DNA of 64,000 nt, from positions 261-64,260 of the forward strand of contig DAIDHK010000007.1 of the NCBI GenBank assembly GCA_027459725.1, in the 5' to 3' direction. Positions 9,360 to 20,765 of the stretch are shown piece after piece. The position numbers and the translations under genes were made by a program. Under the pieces are notes generated by a model. It worked only from the letters and a program-made list of their open reading frames with translations. It was not told the DNA's origin and did no database searches. The DNA is from Candidatus Levyibacteriota bacterium. GTDB taxonomy: Bacteria > Patescibacteriota > Microgenomatia > Levybacterales > UBA12049. Numbering within the stretch: the first letter of the stretch is position 1; each line of letters opens with the position of its first letter.

Positions 9360-10898
9360 ATGGAAGTTTTTACTCAATACTTAGAACAGTTCAATGAGAT
9401 TGGTTACGTACAGGAAACCATCAGCTCACTGGTGTATGTCTCTGGATTACCCTCTGCCCACCAACAAGAAATGCTCATTTTTGAGAATGGTGTCATTGGC
9501 ATGGTGGGCAATATCACCCAGGAGCTTGTGGAGGTTTTTGTCTTTGCCGCCGAACCTCTTAAGGTAGGCACTAAAGTTGCTCGAACTAACCAGCTTTTTT
9601 CTATTCCCGTAGGTGAAGAATATCTAGGAAATGTTGTTGATCCCTTCGGTAAGTTGCTGGATAAATTTAACTCACTCACCCCACCTAAGACTATGCGTCA
9701 GATTGATTCCCCTCCAGGGGATATTTCTACCAGAAAACGCGTTAACCGTACATTTGATACCGGAATTACGCTGGTAGATATTTTAATCACTTTGGGCAAG
9801 GGCCAGCGGGAATTGGTTATTGGAGATAGAAAAACTGGTAAAACGAACTTCTTATTTCAAACGTTAGTTACACAAGCGCGCCAAGGGGCAATTTGTATTT
9901 ACGCAGCAATTGGTAAAAAACGACTTGATATTAAAGCAGCGGAAACATATTTTAAAAAACAAAATATTTTGTCCCAGACAGTCATCATGGCATCTACCTC
10001 TGATGATCCATCCTCTGTGATCTATATCACTCCTTACTGTGCGATGACACTGGCTGAGTATTTTCGGGATCAGGGCCATGATGTTGTCTTAGTGTTAGAT
10101 GATCTTTATACGCATGCTAAATTCTATCGTGAACTTTCATTGTTGGGAAAACGATTCCCTGCTCGCAATTCCTATCCAGCCGATATTTTTTACACTCATG
10201 CACGTCTATTGGAACGAGCAGGTAACTTTATATCACCTGATGGCAAAGAACGCGCCATAACGTGTCTACCGGTCGCAGAAACTGTACAGGGAGATATGTC
10301 TGGATATATCCAAACTAATTTGATGTCTATGACCGATGGGCACATCTATTTCGACATCGATTCTTTTACACAAGGTCGACGACCTGCTGTGAATCCTTTT
10401 CTTTCTGTCAGTCGTGTCGGACGACAGACTCAGACGGATTTAAAGCGCAGCATCAGTCGTGAAGTATTGAGTTTTTTAACCTTACACGAACATATGGAGC
10501 GCTTTTCTCATTTTGGAGCAGAGGTTACACCAACAATTCGTGACACTCTCAGTACAGGAGAGAGAATACAGCATTTTTTCGACCAGAAAACAGATGTAAT
10601 ACTAGACAGTAATTTACAGCTATTTCTTTTCACTATTCTGTGGTTCGGTTACTGGAATAACAGACCATTTGAGCAAATGAAAAAAGAAGTTGAACAATTA
10701 GTTAAAATATATAACACTGATACAGACTTTCATCAAAAAGTTGACCAGATGACGACAACTAATAAAACTTTAAATGACTTTATGCGGGTAGTAGCTAAAA
10801 ACGTTATACCTTTTTTGGATAAACTATTTCCTCCCTTAATCGCTCCGGCAAATGCTACACCAAACATACAACCTGTAAACAGCAATACTAAATCTTAA
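9360..10898 (+). CDS. atpA: F-type ATP synthase subunit alpha
   Basis: Contains GDRKTGKT (the alpha P-loop GDRQTGKT) and conserved alpha-subunit blocks (DDLYTHAKFYRELSLLGKRFP); 512 aa. Confidence 0.92.
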   Translation: MEVFTQYLEQFNEIGYVQETISSLVYVSGLPSAHQQEMLIFENGVIGMVGNITQELVEVFVFAAEPLKVGTKVARTNQLFSIPVGEEYLGNVVDPFGKLLDKFNSLTPPKTMRQIDSPPGDISTRKRVNRTFDTGITLVDILITLGKGQRELVIGDRKTGKTNFLFQTLVTQARQGAICIYAAIGKKRLDIKAAETYFKKQNILSQTVIMASTSDDPSSVIYITPYCAMTLAEYFRDQGHDVVLVLDDLYTHAKFYRELSLLGKRFPARNSYPADIFYTHARLLERAGNFISPDGKERAITCLPVAETVQGDMSGYIQTNLMSMTDGHIYFDIDSFTQGRRPAVNPFLSVSRVGRQTQTDLKRSISREVLSFLTLHEHMERFSHFGAEVTPTIRDTLSTGERIQHFFDQKTDVILDSNLQLFLFTILWFGYWNNRPFEQMKKEVEQLVKIYNTDTDFHQKVDQMTTTNKTLNDFMRVVAKNVIPFLDKLFPPLIAPANATPNIQPVNSNTKS

Positions 10899-10900
10899 TT

Positions 10901-11755
10901 ATGGCCAATAAAATAGAAATAACCAATTTAAATAATCAGATTAAAGGCATACAGAACTTAATTGAAACTTATGAAGAACTAGCAGCATTGCAGATGCGTA
11001 AAAACCGGACTCGTGTAGTTAATAGTCGTTCTTTTATCGAGGATTTGGTGACAATTTATCATGAGCTAATGATTGCTTACCATCGTCAAGCAATGACACG
11101 TCTGAAAGAAAAATTTGCTAAGCAGCAAACTCCAGGACGCACGATTGCGGTCCTTCTGTCATCCAACGTGGGTCTGGTGGGAGAAATCGTTCAACAAACA
11201 TTTAAACTTTTTTCAGACTATATCACAACACATCCTTGTGATATCATGGTAACGGGAAGAATTGGACAAAAAATGATGATGAACCACTTCCCTGACAAAA
11301 AATTTCTTTATTATGAATCATCAGACGAAAATATTGACCCTCAACAGTTATCTTTCATGATCAATATGCTCACTGGTTATGAGAAAATATATATTTTCTA
11401 TGGAAAGTTTAACTCCTTTGCTTCGCAGACCCCCTACGTACTTGATGCACGCGGAGAACAGGAAAAACTTTCAGTACAAAATGTACCTTTAATCCAATAT
11501 CTTTTTGAACCCAGTTTAAACGAGCTATTCCATTTTTTCGAAACACAAATTTTCTCCACTATAATCGAACAAACCTTTCGCGAATCCAATCTGGCAAAAT
11601 ATGCCGCCCGTATGGTAGCTCTCAATAGTGCCACAGACAACGTTAGCAAATATCTTAAGAAACTTAATTTACAACAAAGAGTAATTACGCACCGCATTTC
11701 TAATCAAAAGCAGCAACAGGTCTTTACGAGTATGTCGTTATGGAAATTGCGCTAA
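10901..11755 (+). CDS. atpG: F-type ATP synthase subunit gamma
   Basis: A 284-aa protein between alpha and beta, with N- and C-terminal helices typical of gamma (LAALQMRKNRTRV...; a C-terminal helix). Confidence 0.75.
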   Translation: MANKIEITNLNNQIKGIQNLIETYEELAALQMRKNRTRVVNSRSFIEDLVTIYHELMIAYHRQAMTRLKEKFAKQQTPGRTIAVLLSSNVGLVGEIVQQTFKLFSDYITTHPCDIMVTGRIGQKMMMNHFPDKKFLYYESSDENIDPQQLSFMINMLTGYEKIYIFYGKFNSFASQTPYVLDARGEQEKLSVQNVPLIQYLFEPSLNELFHFFETQIFSTIIEQTFRESNLAKYAARMVALNSATDNVSKYLKKLNLQQRVITHRISNQKQQQVFTSMSLWKLR

Positions 11756-13445
<1,690 letters not shown>

Positions 13446-13468
13446 CTGAACCAATCTTATTATGGGTC

Positions 13469-13497
13469 TTGACACTATTGCTATACTTTGTTACTTT
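13469..13497 (+). promoter_or_regulatory. Putative promoter (TTGACA, 17 nt spacer, TACTTT) for the HTH gene
   Basis: TTGACA at 13469-13474 and TACTTT at 13492-13497, roughly 20 nt upstream of ATG 13518. A second TTGACA at 13508 lies too close to the start to be a promoter. Confidence 0.3.
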
Positions 13498-13517
13498 AGT
13501 AGATATATTGACACTAT

Positions 13518-13748
13518 ATGAGCGATCAAAATACTATTAACGGCAACCATCAAATTTCTATCCAATCTTTACCCGATTTATTAACAGTTCGGGAAGTAGC
13601 AGAAATTTTGAGAGTGTCTCCTCTTACCATTAAACGTTGGGGTAAACGAGGAAAATTACCTGCTATCCGCATTAACACCCGTGGAGATCGCCGTTACAAA
13701 AAAGAAGCTGTTCTCTGGTTACTGGGTATTCAACAAAAATCCGTTTAG
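13518..13748 (+). CDS. Small excisionase/MerR-superfamily HTH (HTH_17-like) DNA-binding protein
   Basis: LTVREVAEILRVSPLTIKRWGKRGKLPAIRINTRGDRRYKKEAV matches the Xis-type HTH. It is a paralog of the giant protein N-terminus and of the ORF at 42755. Confidence 0.7.
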   Translation: MSDQNTINGNHQISIQSLPDLLTVREVAEILRVSPLTIKRWGKRGKLPAIRINTRGDRRYKKEAVLWLLGIQQKSV

Positions 13749-13946
13749 TACTTAATCTACTCCTGTTGGTAAAATAATTCCCACTATTTAGATAGCCATT
13801 AACCTTTCACACTGTTTTTTCATAATGTTACATAAATAATGTGCTTTAATTTGTATATTATTGCATATAATTGCATATATATTTAAAAATAAATAATCTT
13901 TTTTTCTTAAGATAAACAGCAAAATTAACTTAAGTTATGATAGAAC

Positions 13947-14837
13947 TTAAACGTTTCGGCGATATGAGGCTTGTTGAGTATGCAAGATTTTTTCTCTGTC
14001 AGTTTTTGTTAAATGCTCTAACAAAAACTGATTAGTTTCTTTAGAGTCCTGGGTATTAACATATACCCCCGTACTCACCTCAAAGCCCCCTATTTTTTTC
14101 TGACGTGGTACTATACGAATGAACCAGTTCTTGCCAAAATAAATAGAAAAGTTAAAGGGAAACTCATGTCCGTGACGAAGATCAAGGATTTCGATTACTC
14201 GCGGAAATAAACTGCTTAATTCCCTAATCTCAGTGTCATTGATTTCTCCGAAACTCAAACCTGACCTTTGTGGAACTATCCAGACTTCATCAGGCCATTG
14301 ACAGATGCTGGGGCTGAAAACTACAAAATTCTCGCTTCTGAATGCATCCTCGGGAATTTGCGATAAGGTAGGAGCATTCAAAGGAATGTCATTTGGTATA
14401 ACTACCACTTGCGTATGAGGATGTGGAATACTTTCCCCACCATCTACTCCTCGATTATGAAACAAGCAGACTTGACCTTTATCTTTATGCAAATTAAACC
14501 TAAGTTTAAAAACTTTTAATATTAATTCAACCTGTTCCTGCGGTAATTCATCAATATTTTTATGATGATCCGGAGAGTGAATTATTAACTCATGTATCGG
14601 GGCAAAGGGATACTTGTTGGTTAAAACTTTAACTAACCATTGGTCACTACTTTCAGATTTAACTTGGTATAAAACATTTTCTCCACTCTCTTTACAAAAT
14701 GGACATACAAAGAATTCTTTCTTAGCCACATTTGGTCTTAATGCTCTTTGAAAAGATTGTACAATCCATTGTGGCTGAGTAGTAAGTTTGAGAAATATAA
14801 ACGATGATTGGTCAGACATATTGTATTTATATACCAA
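13947..14837 (-). CDS. Galactose-1-phosphate uridylyltransferase-like / HIT-superfamily nucleotidyltransferase (GalT family)
   Basis: A CPFC zinc-type motif, FHNRG, and HPHTQ (the HxHxQ HIT-like active site), at GalT half-size (296 aa). Confidence 0.55.
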   Translation of the reverse strand: MVYKYNMSDQSSFIFLKLTTQPQWIVQSFQRALRPNVAKKEFFVCPFCKESGENVLYQVKSESSDQWLVKVLTNKYPFAPIHELIIHSPDHHKNIDELPQEQVELILKVFKLRFNLHKDKGQVCLFHNRGVDGGESIPHPHTQVVVIPNDIPLNAPTLSQIPEDAFRSENFVVFSPSICQWPDEVWIVPQRSGLSFGEINDTEIRELSSLFPRVIEILDLRHGHEFPFNFSIYFGKNWFIRIVPRQKKIGGFEVSTGVYVNTQDSKETNQFLLEHLTKTDREKILHTQQASYRRNV

Positions 14838-15064
14838 CCATGTCTACAATTGCAATTTGAAATTAAAAGCGTAGAGAAACAATAATGAAATAGCTATATT
14901 CATACATAATCATTAACTTGTATCTAATTAGTGGGTATTCTCTTCTAGTATCTCTTAGCTATCATTTAATTGTCAAAAGTATAAATTATTGTTATATTAA
15001 TTTTATCTCTAATTATTGACATACTTTACTTATAGTAACATTTGGGATAAAATCGCCAAACATT

Positions 15065-16234
15065 ATGACTAATCTTAAAAAAGTCGCCATTCTTACTTCT
15101 CTATCAGGAGGATTGGGTCATTATGCTGCACATCTGTCTGGACCACTCTCGAAGGAATTTAGCATTAAATTTATCTCATATCCACAATTAGATTCAAGTG
15201 GAACAACGGTAAAGCAAATAACTGATTCACTTGTTCGTCAATATATAAAATGGCCACGTTTTGATTTGGATGATAAAGACCCAATCAGTATAGTTTCAAT
15301 ACTTGAATATATCAATTCACATGATATTGATCTAATTAATATTCATATAGGTACAACCGTAAAAGAGAAAGTTCTTTACTTCATCTCACTTTGTTTATAT
15401 GCAAAAACTTTTCATCGAAAAAAATTTGTATTTACATTACATGATGTCTTACCATTTGAAGAAAATAAGAAACTTATTAAACTTCTTAAAGTCTTTTATA
15501 ATCTCGGGGATTACTTTACCGTAGGTAATGAAGAAGAGAAGAAGAAACTAATAAAATATTTTCAGATATCTGAAGCCAAAATAAGCATAATACCACATGG
15601 AATTTATAACCTATTTAATAAAAAAGTTTATACTCAAAATTTTGCACGTAGTTATTTAGGTATTCCACAAGATAAAAAAGTTCTTCTATTCTTTGGCTGG
15701 TTAAGACCTTATAAGGGATTTGAATACTTAGTTCAGGCTGTAAAAATCATGTTAAAAAAAGATCCTAATTTTATTATCTATGTCGCTTCAGGACTAAAAT
15801 ATACCCCAAAAAGCCTATTAGAAAAATATTTCCACCTTATGAAAAGGTATGGCGTACAAGATCAATTTGTATTAAACCTCAATTATTTAGATAGCTTAGA
15901 AGTCGAAGCTGTTTTCCAGGCAAGCGATGCAGTGATTCTCCCATATACCCATGTCTCTCAAAGTGGGGTAGAACAAATGGCATTCGGATTTAAAAAGCCG
16001 GTTGTTGTTACCGATGTTTTTCCTGATAAAACATGGATTAATAAAAAAGCTGGGCTAATAGCTAAAACTGCTGACGCAACAGATATAGCAGATAAACTAT
16101 TAGAACTAATTTCAGATCCTCAAAGAATGATAGAGTATGGGGAGTTTGGTTATCAATACAGTATGGAAAACTTCAATTGGGAGTTAATTGCTGGAAAGTA
16201 TGCTGCAGTCTACCATAAAGTTCTAACTAAGTAA
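15065..16234 (+). CDS. Glycosyltransferase, GT4 / group 1 family
   Basis: C-terminal GT-B signature LLFFGWLRPYKGFEYLVQAV and an E-x7-E-like region. Confidence 0.75.
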   Translation: MTNLKKVAILTSLSGGLGHYAAHLSGPLSKEFSIKFISYPQLDSSGTTVKQITDSLVRQYIKWPRFDLDDKDPISIVSILEYINSHDIDLINIHIGTTVKEKVLYFISLCLYAKTFHRKKFVFTLHDVLPFEENKKLIKLLKVFYNLGDYFTVGNEEEKKKLIKYFQISEAKISIIPHGIYNLFNKKVYTQNFARSYLGIPQDKKVLLFFGWLRPYKGFEYLVQAVKIMLKKDPNFIIYVASGLKYTPKSLLEKYFHLMKRYGVQDQFVLNLNYLDSLEVEAVFQASDAVILPYTHVSQSGVEQMAFGFKKPVVVTDVFPDKTWINKKAGLIAKTADATDIADKLLELISDPQRMIEYGEFGYQYSMENFNWELIAGKYAAVYHKVLTK

Positions 16235-16285
16235 TATTTACTTAAAACTTTATTCTCTGCTCACATATTATAAGCTGATAAAAAA

Positions 16286-17428
16286 ATGAAGATTTGTTTT
16301 ATTTCTCCCTTTCCCCCTAGACATGATGGTATTTCTGAGTTTAATCAAGATCTAATACATGGTCTAGAAAAAAACTATACATTTGAATATATTGGTATTG
16401 CTATTAATCAAAATAATGAGGTTATCAAATATGATAAACATATCATTTTTCAAATTAGAAAAGACCAGCTAGAAGATTACTTGCAGGCAGCAGTCATGGT
16501 TAATCAAAGCGATGCTAACATCATATGTCTACAATTAGAATATGCATTATTCGGCGGATTTGATGGTAAATATATATTTGATCTTATACGAGGTCTCAAA
16601 AAGAAGCTTATAATCATTGTTCATGGAATTCCTATCAATTCATACTCAAGGAGGAAGAAGACTAGAAAAAAATTCTTTCAAAAAATCTCACCATACGTTG
16701 AGGCTTTCATTACCATCAACCCCCTGGAGAAAAAGATTTTAGAAGGTTGGGGAATAAATAATAAGATATACAACATTTTTCACGGAGCACCAGATGAGAT
16801 CTTGAATTACCATAAATCAGCTTCCAGAACTGCACTAAAAATAAAAGACGAACTTATAGTTTTCAACTTCGGATTAATCCATGAAAAGAAAGGATTAGAA
16901 TATTTATTAATAGCTTTTAATGAGTTTTCGAAAAAAAATACTCTGGCTAAATTAATAATAGCTGGAGAGTCATTACTGGGTGCAAAAAACAACGACTACC
17001 TATCTTCCCTGATGCAATATGTAAAGAAAGAACATTTGACCAATCAAGTAACTTTTATTAATAAATTTTTACAACATGATGAACTATATACATACATTGC
17101 ATCAGCAGATATTATTGTTTTCCCATATATAAAACGCGATTTGGTTTCAAGTGGACCATTATCTTTTGCAATTTTAGCTGATAAATTTATAATCACTACC
17201 AATTTCCCTTACGCAAGAGTATTATTAAATAAGGATCAAGCATATTTTGTTCACTATAAAAATGCATTAGACATTAAACGAGGTTTAGAGTTTTATGTTG
17301 ACAATAGGGATACCAAGATAAAAAATATGTTAAATGGGCTCAAAAATAGAGCTGGAGTAATAGCTTGGAGTATGATTTCACAGCAGTATTATAGGGTTCT
17401 AGTAAACATACTAAAATCTAATGACTAA
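16286..17428 (+). CDS. Glycosyltransferase, group 1-like (paralog of the gene at 56153)
   Basis: FNFGLIHEKKGLEYLLIAF. ADIIVFPYIKRDLVSSGPLSFAIL parallels ADVVLFPYRALMSSSGPFSIALAF in the 56153 gene. Confidence 0.65.
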   Translation: MKICFISPFPPRHDGISEFNQDLIHGLEKNYTFEYIGIAINQNNEVIKYDKHIIFQIRKDQLEDYLQAAVMVNQSDANIICLQLEYALFGGFDGKYIFDLIRGLKKKLIIIVHGIPINSYSRRKKTRKKFFQKISPYVEAFITINPLEKKILEGWGINNKIYNIFHGAPDEILNYHKSASRTALKIKDELIVFNFGLIHEKKGLEYLLIAFNEFSKKNTLAKLIIAGESLLGAKNNDYLSSLMQYVKKEHLTNQVTFINKFLQHDELYTYIASADIIVFPYIKRDLVSSGPLSFAILADKFIITTNFPYARVLLNKDQAYFVHYKNALDIKRGLEFYVDNRDTKIKNMLNGLKNRAGVIAWSMISQQYYRVLVNILKSND

Positions 17429-18599
17429 ACTAAGTTCAAAAAAAATAAAAATTGGCTTTATTAATACAAACCGGGATCCATATCCTCTCCCACCAGCCTC
17501 AATTAATGGCGGAATGTGGATTACTGGCAAACTAGTAGAAGCTTTTGCGCCAAAGGAAAATTTTGAAGTATATTTCTTTACTACCGAAGATTCTAAAGTT
17601 CCAGAAACTGTACATAAAATTACACTCGGGTTAGAATCTCTATATAAACAATATGGAACAAAGGTCTTTTTACCTGAGTACAAAACACGTCATGTCTTCT
17701 ATCAACAACTTTTACTGGCAGAAGCAATAAAACATACAGATTTAGATCTTCTACATATTCATAACTATTTCCCTCATGCAGCAAATTTCTTGGAGTATTT
17801 TAAAATACCCATTGTATATACACTTCATAATCCTATCGTAGATTACCATAAAATATTTTTTACTCATAGATCTCTTCCACGATCATATTTTATTACCTTG
17901 ACGGAATATCAGGATATCAAAGCAAAAAAAGCAAAAATACCAGTTGTCGCTAAGATCGTAAACGGGGTAGATACACAGATATTTAATTTCAGCCCTGAAG
18001 GCGGAGATTCAATCTTCTTTCCCAGTAGAGTTGCAAGTGAAAAAGGAATTCTTGAAGCAATTACCATTGCTGACAATACAAGACAAATACTCAGCCTTTC
18101 AAGTATAAATATTGACAATCCAACAAATCTTGAACAACAAGTACTTTCTATTACTAAATCTAAGCCCAGTATTAAAATATTACATAATAAAAATCAGGCA
18201 GATATGGTGAATAGTTATCGAAAATCAAAGCTTAGCCTATTCCCAATTCAATGGGATGAACCTTTTGGATTGGTCATGATTGAATCAATGGCAATTGGTA
18301 CACCTGTTCTTGCCTTAGCACGTGGTTCTGTACCTGAAATTATTAAAGATGGCGAGACTGGATTCATAGTGAATCCGTCAGATGATGATATTCGAGGCAA
18401 TTGGATAATTAAAAAAACGGGTGTTGAGGGACTCTGTGAAGCTGTTAATAGAATTTACTCAATGTCACCAGATGAGTATAAACAAATGCGCTTAAATTGC
18501 CGCAAGCTTGTTGAAAAATATTTTACGGTTGAGAAAATGGTTGATAGCTATGAAGAAGTCTATCAACAAATCTTACAATTATCAGCCATTAAATCTTAA
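17421..18599 (+). CDS. Glycosyltransferase, GT4 / group 1 family
   Basis: PSRVASEKGILEAI and the EPFGLVMIESMAIGTPVLALARGSVPEII motif, classic for GT4. Confidence 0.85.
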   Translation: MTKLSSKKIKIGFINTNRDPYPLPPASINGGMWITGKLVEAFAPKENFEVYFFTTEDSKVPETVHKITLGLESLYKQYGTKVFLPEYKTRHVFYQQLLLAEAIKHTDLDLLHIHNYFPHAANFLEYFKIPIVYTLHNPIVDYHKIFFTHRSLPRSYFITLTEYQDIKAKKAKIPVVAKIVNGVDTQIFNFSPEGGDSIFFPSRVASEKGILEAITIADNTRQILSLSSINIDNPTNLEQQVLSITKSKPSIKILHNKNQADMVNSYRKSKLSLFPIQWDEPFGLVMIESMAIGTPVLALARGSVPEIIKDGETGFIVNPSDDDIRGNWIIKKTGVEGLCEAVNRIYSMSPDEYKQMRLNCRKLVEKYFTVEKMVDSYEEVYQQILQLSAIKS

Positions 18600-19357
18600 T
18601 GCTTCGTTAGCTTCATCTGTAATACTAAGGCAATAAACTCAATCAATGCCAACTGTCTCTTCCATCTCCACGGTTGACGAATTAAACGATAAAACCATTC
18701 CAGACCTATCCTACGTAATAAGTAAGGGGCTCTCGAAACTTCAGCGCTAATATAATCAAACGATCCTCCTACTGCCATAGCAGATTTTACAGATAATTTT
18801 GGCAAGTTTTGCGCAATCCATTGCTCTTGTTTAGGAAAACCAAAAGCAACAAATAGTATATCTACCGATATGTCTTTGCCATCCCATTCTGAGGCTACAA
18901 AATCGATTTTGAGATTGTGATATTTTTTTATTAAGCACTCTGCTGTCTTATCTGCTATGCCCGGTCCGGCTCCCAATAATCCTATCCTTATAGGATTTTC
19001 ATTGCTTTTTTGACATAAATTTAGCATAAAATCTATTCCTGTAATCCGTTCTCTTAAGGGTTTGCCTAAATATGAAGCTGCCCATGTTATGCCTATACCG
19101 TCGGGCAAGTTAATTTGCGCCTGATTTAGTAAATTTTGAAATTCAGGATGAGATTTTGCATACACAACTATTTCCGGATTTGGAGTAAAAATCAACAACT
19201 TATTATTCTTGTCTAATGGTTTTTGTACAAAATCAATAACATACTCCAGGACATCGTTAGCAGTCATATCAATCATTTGCAAATCGATAATATTTTTTTT
19301 CACGAGATTATCAGATGGTAGATTTATTAATCTATTAGATACATTTTTACGTGTCAT
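18596..19357 (-). CDS. WecB/TagA/CpsF-family glycosyltransferase (GT26; N-acetylmannosaminyltransferase-like)
   Basis: PDGIGITWA and GLEWFYRLIRQPWRWKR are typical WecG/TagA signatures. Confidence 0.8.
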   Translation of the reverse strand: MTRKNVSNRLINLPSDNLVKKNIIDLQMIDMTANDVLEYVIDFVQKPLDKNNKLLIFTPNPEIVVYAKSHPEFQNLLNQAQINLPDGIGITWAASYLGKPLRERITGIDFMLNLCQKSNENPIRIGLLGAGPGIADKTAECLIKKYHNLKIDFVASEWDGKDISVDILFVAFGFPKQEQWIAQNLPKLSVKSAMAVGGSFDYISAEVSRAPYLLRRIGLEWFYRLIRQPWRWKRQLALIEFIALVLQMKLTKH

Positions 19358-19583
19358 ATATAACTATTGTATACTCTTTGTCTTCTTTTTGTATGCTCGC
19401 ATATTAGGCATTTAGCCTTAGAAAACTGCGATGTATTTTAGCATAAATTAAAATAGGATTTAATATTACTCAATTTCTGTGAAAAATATATATTTTAATC
19501 CTTAAAGGTGAAGCTATAATTTTCTTTTTATTTATTATAAGTTATGCATCTATTTTCACTGATCCTAAGTAACTTGAAATGCC

Positions 19584-20651
19584 TCACTTCCTATTTATAC
19601 TCCTCTTATACAGCTCAATATTCTCCATCGCGACCCCTGTTCCTTTAACCACACATAACAAAGCGTCTTCCGCTACATGACATGGAACTCCGGTAGCATG
19701 AGTCATAAGCTTATCTAAATTGGTTAAAAGCGAGGTTCCCCCTGATAAAACAATTCCTTTATCGATAACATCAGCGGCTAATTCAGGCGGACATTGCTCT
19801 AGCACTAACTTAACTCCATTGATAATCTCATTTAAAACAGACTTAATAGCTTCATTAATTTGAACTTCATCGACCTCAATCGTGCGTGGCAAACCTGTGA
19901 CATTATCCCGACCTCGTATTTCCATCTTTTTCAGATTTGTCTGGTGTTTGTTAGTACCTTTTTCTTCCTCGATAAATGCATTGCCTATACTGATTTTAAT
20001 TTGTTCAGCAGTCGTCTCACCCACCAACAGATTGAATTTCTTTCGAATATACGTGGCGATAGCTTCGTCCAATTTATTACCAGCCACTCTCACAGAGCTA
20101 TGAACAACTACTCCACCCAGGGAAATAACAGCTGATTCAGTAGAGCCTCCCCCAATGTTTACAATCATGTGACCCGCGGGCTGAGCAATTGGTATTTTTG
20201 CCCCAATTGCAGCTGCCAAAGGCTCATCTATCAGATAAGCTACTCGAGCGCCAGCTGTCATAGCAGCATCAAGCACTGCACGTCTTTCAACCTGAGTGAC
20301 GCCTGAAGGTATACAGACCATTACTTCAGGTTTAAAGAAACGTGCTTTGCCACAAGCCTTGTCAATAAAATATGAAAGCATGGATTCGGTAATGGTATAA
20401 TCTGCAATGACTCCATCCCGAAGCGGACGCATGGCTATCACATTGCCAGGAGTTCTGCCAAGCATTTCCTTGGCTTCGCTTCCTACAGCCACTACTCGGT
20501 TATCTTCAGCCGTCACAGCGACCACGGTAGGTTCATTCAAGACAATTCCTTCACCGGTAAGGTAGACCAATGTATTGGCTGTTCCTAAATCTATACCTAT
20601 TCTTTTGGAAGTTGGCAGATTAAATTTCATATGAGAGTCAAAAATTATCAA
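19584..20651 (-). CDS. mreB: Rod-shape-determining actin homolog MreB
   Basis: RIGIDLGTANTLVY phosphate-1 motif and the full actin fold. The true start is probably the Met of MKFNLPTSK (about 20630). Confidence 0.93.
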   Translation of the reverse strand: MIIFDSHMKFNLPTSKRIGIDLGTANTLVYLTGEGIVLNEPTVVAVTAEDNRVVAVGSEAKEMLGRTPGNVIAMRPLRDGVIADYTITESMLSYFIDKACGKARFFKPEVMVCIPSGVTQVERRAVLDAAMTAGARVAYLIDEPLAAAIGAKIPIAQPAGHMIVNIGGGSTESAVISLGGVVVHSSVRVAGNKLDEAIATYIRKKFNLLVGETTAEQIKISIGNAFIEEEKGTNKHQTNLKKMEIRGRDNVTGLPRTIEVDEVQINEAIKSVLNEIINGVKLVLEQCPPELAADVIDKGIVLSGGTSLLTNLDKLMTHATGVPCHVAEDALLCVVKGTGVAMENIELYKRSINRK

Positions 20652-20765
20652 TAACTATATCTAAATATTACCTATCTATATCACCCAATGCCTAGTACAA
20701 TTTGATTATAACACGCGAGTATCGGGTTGCAACATAGACATAGACAAACTATAATTCAGTTAACT

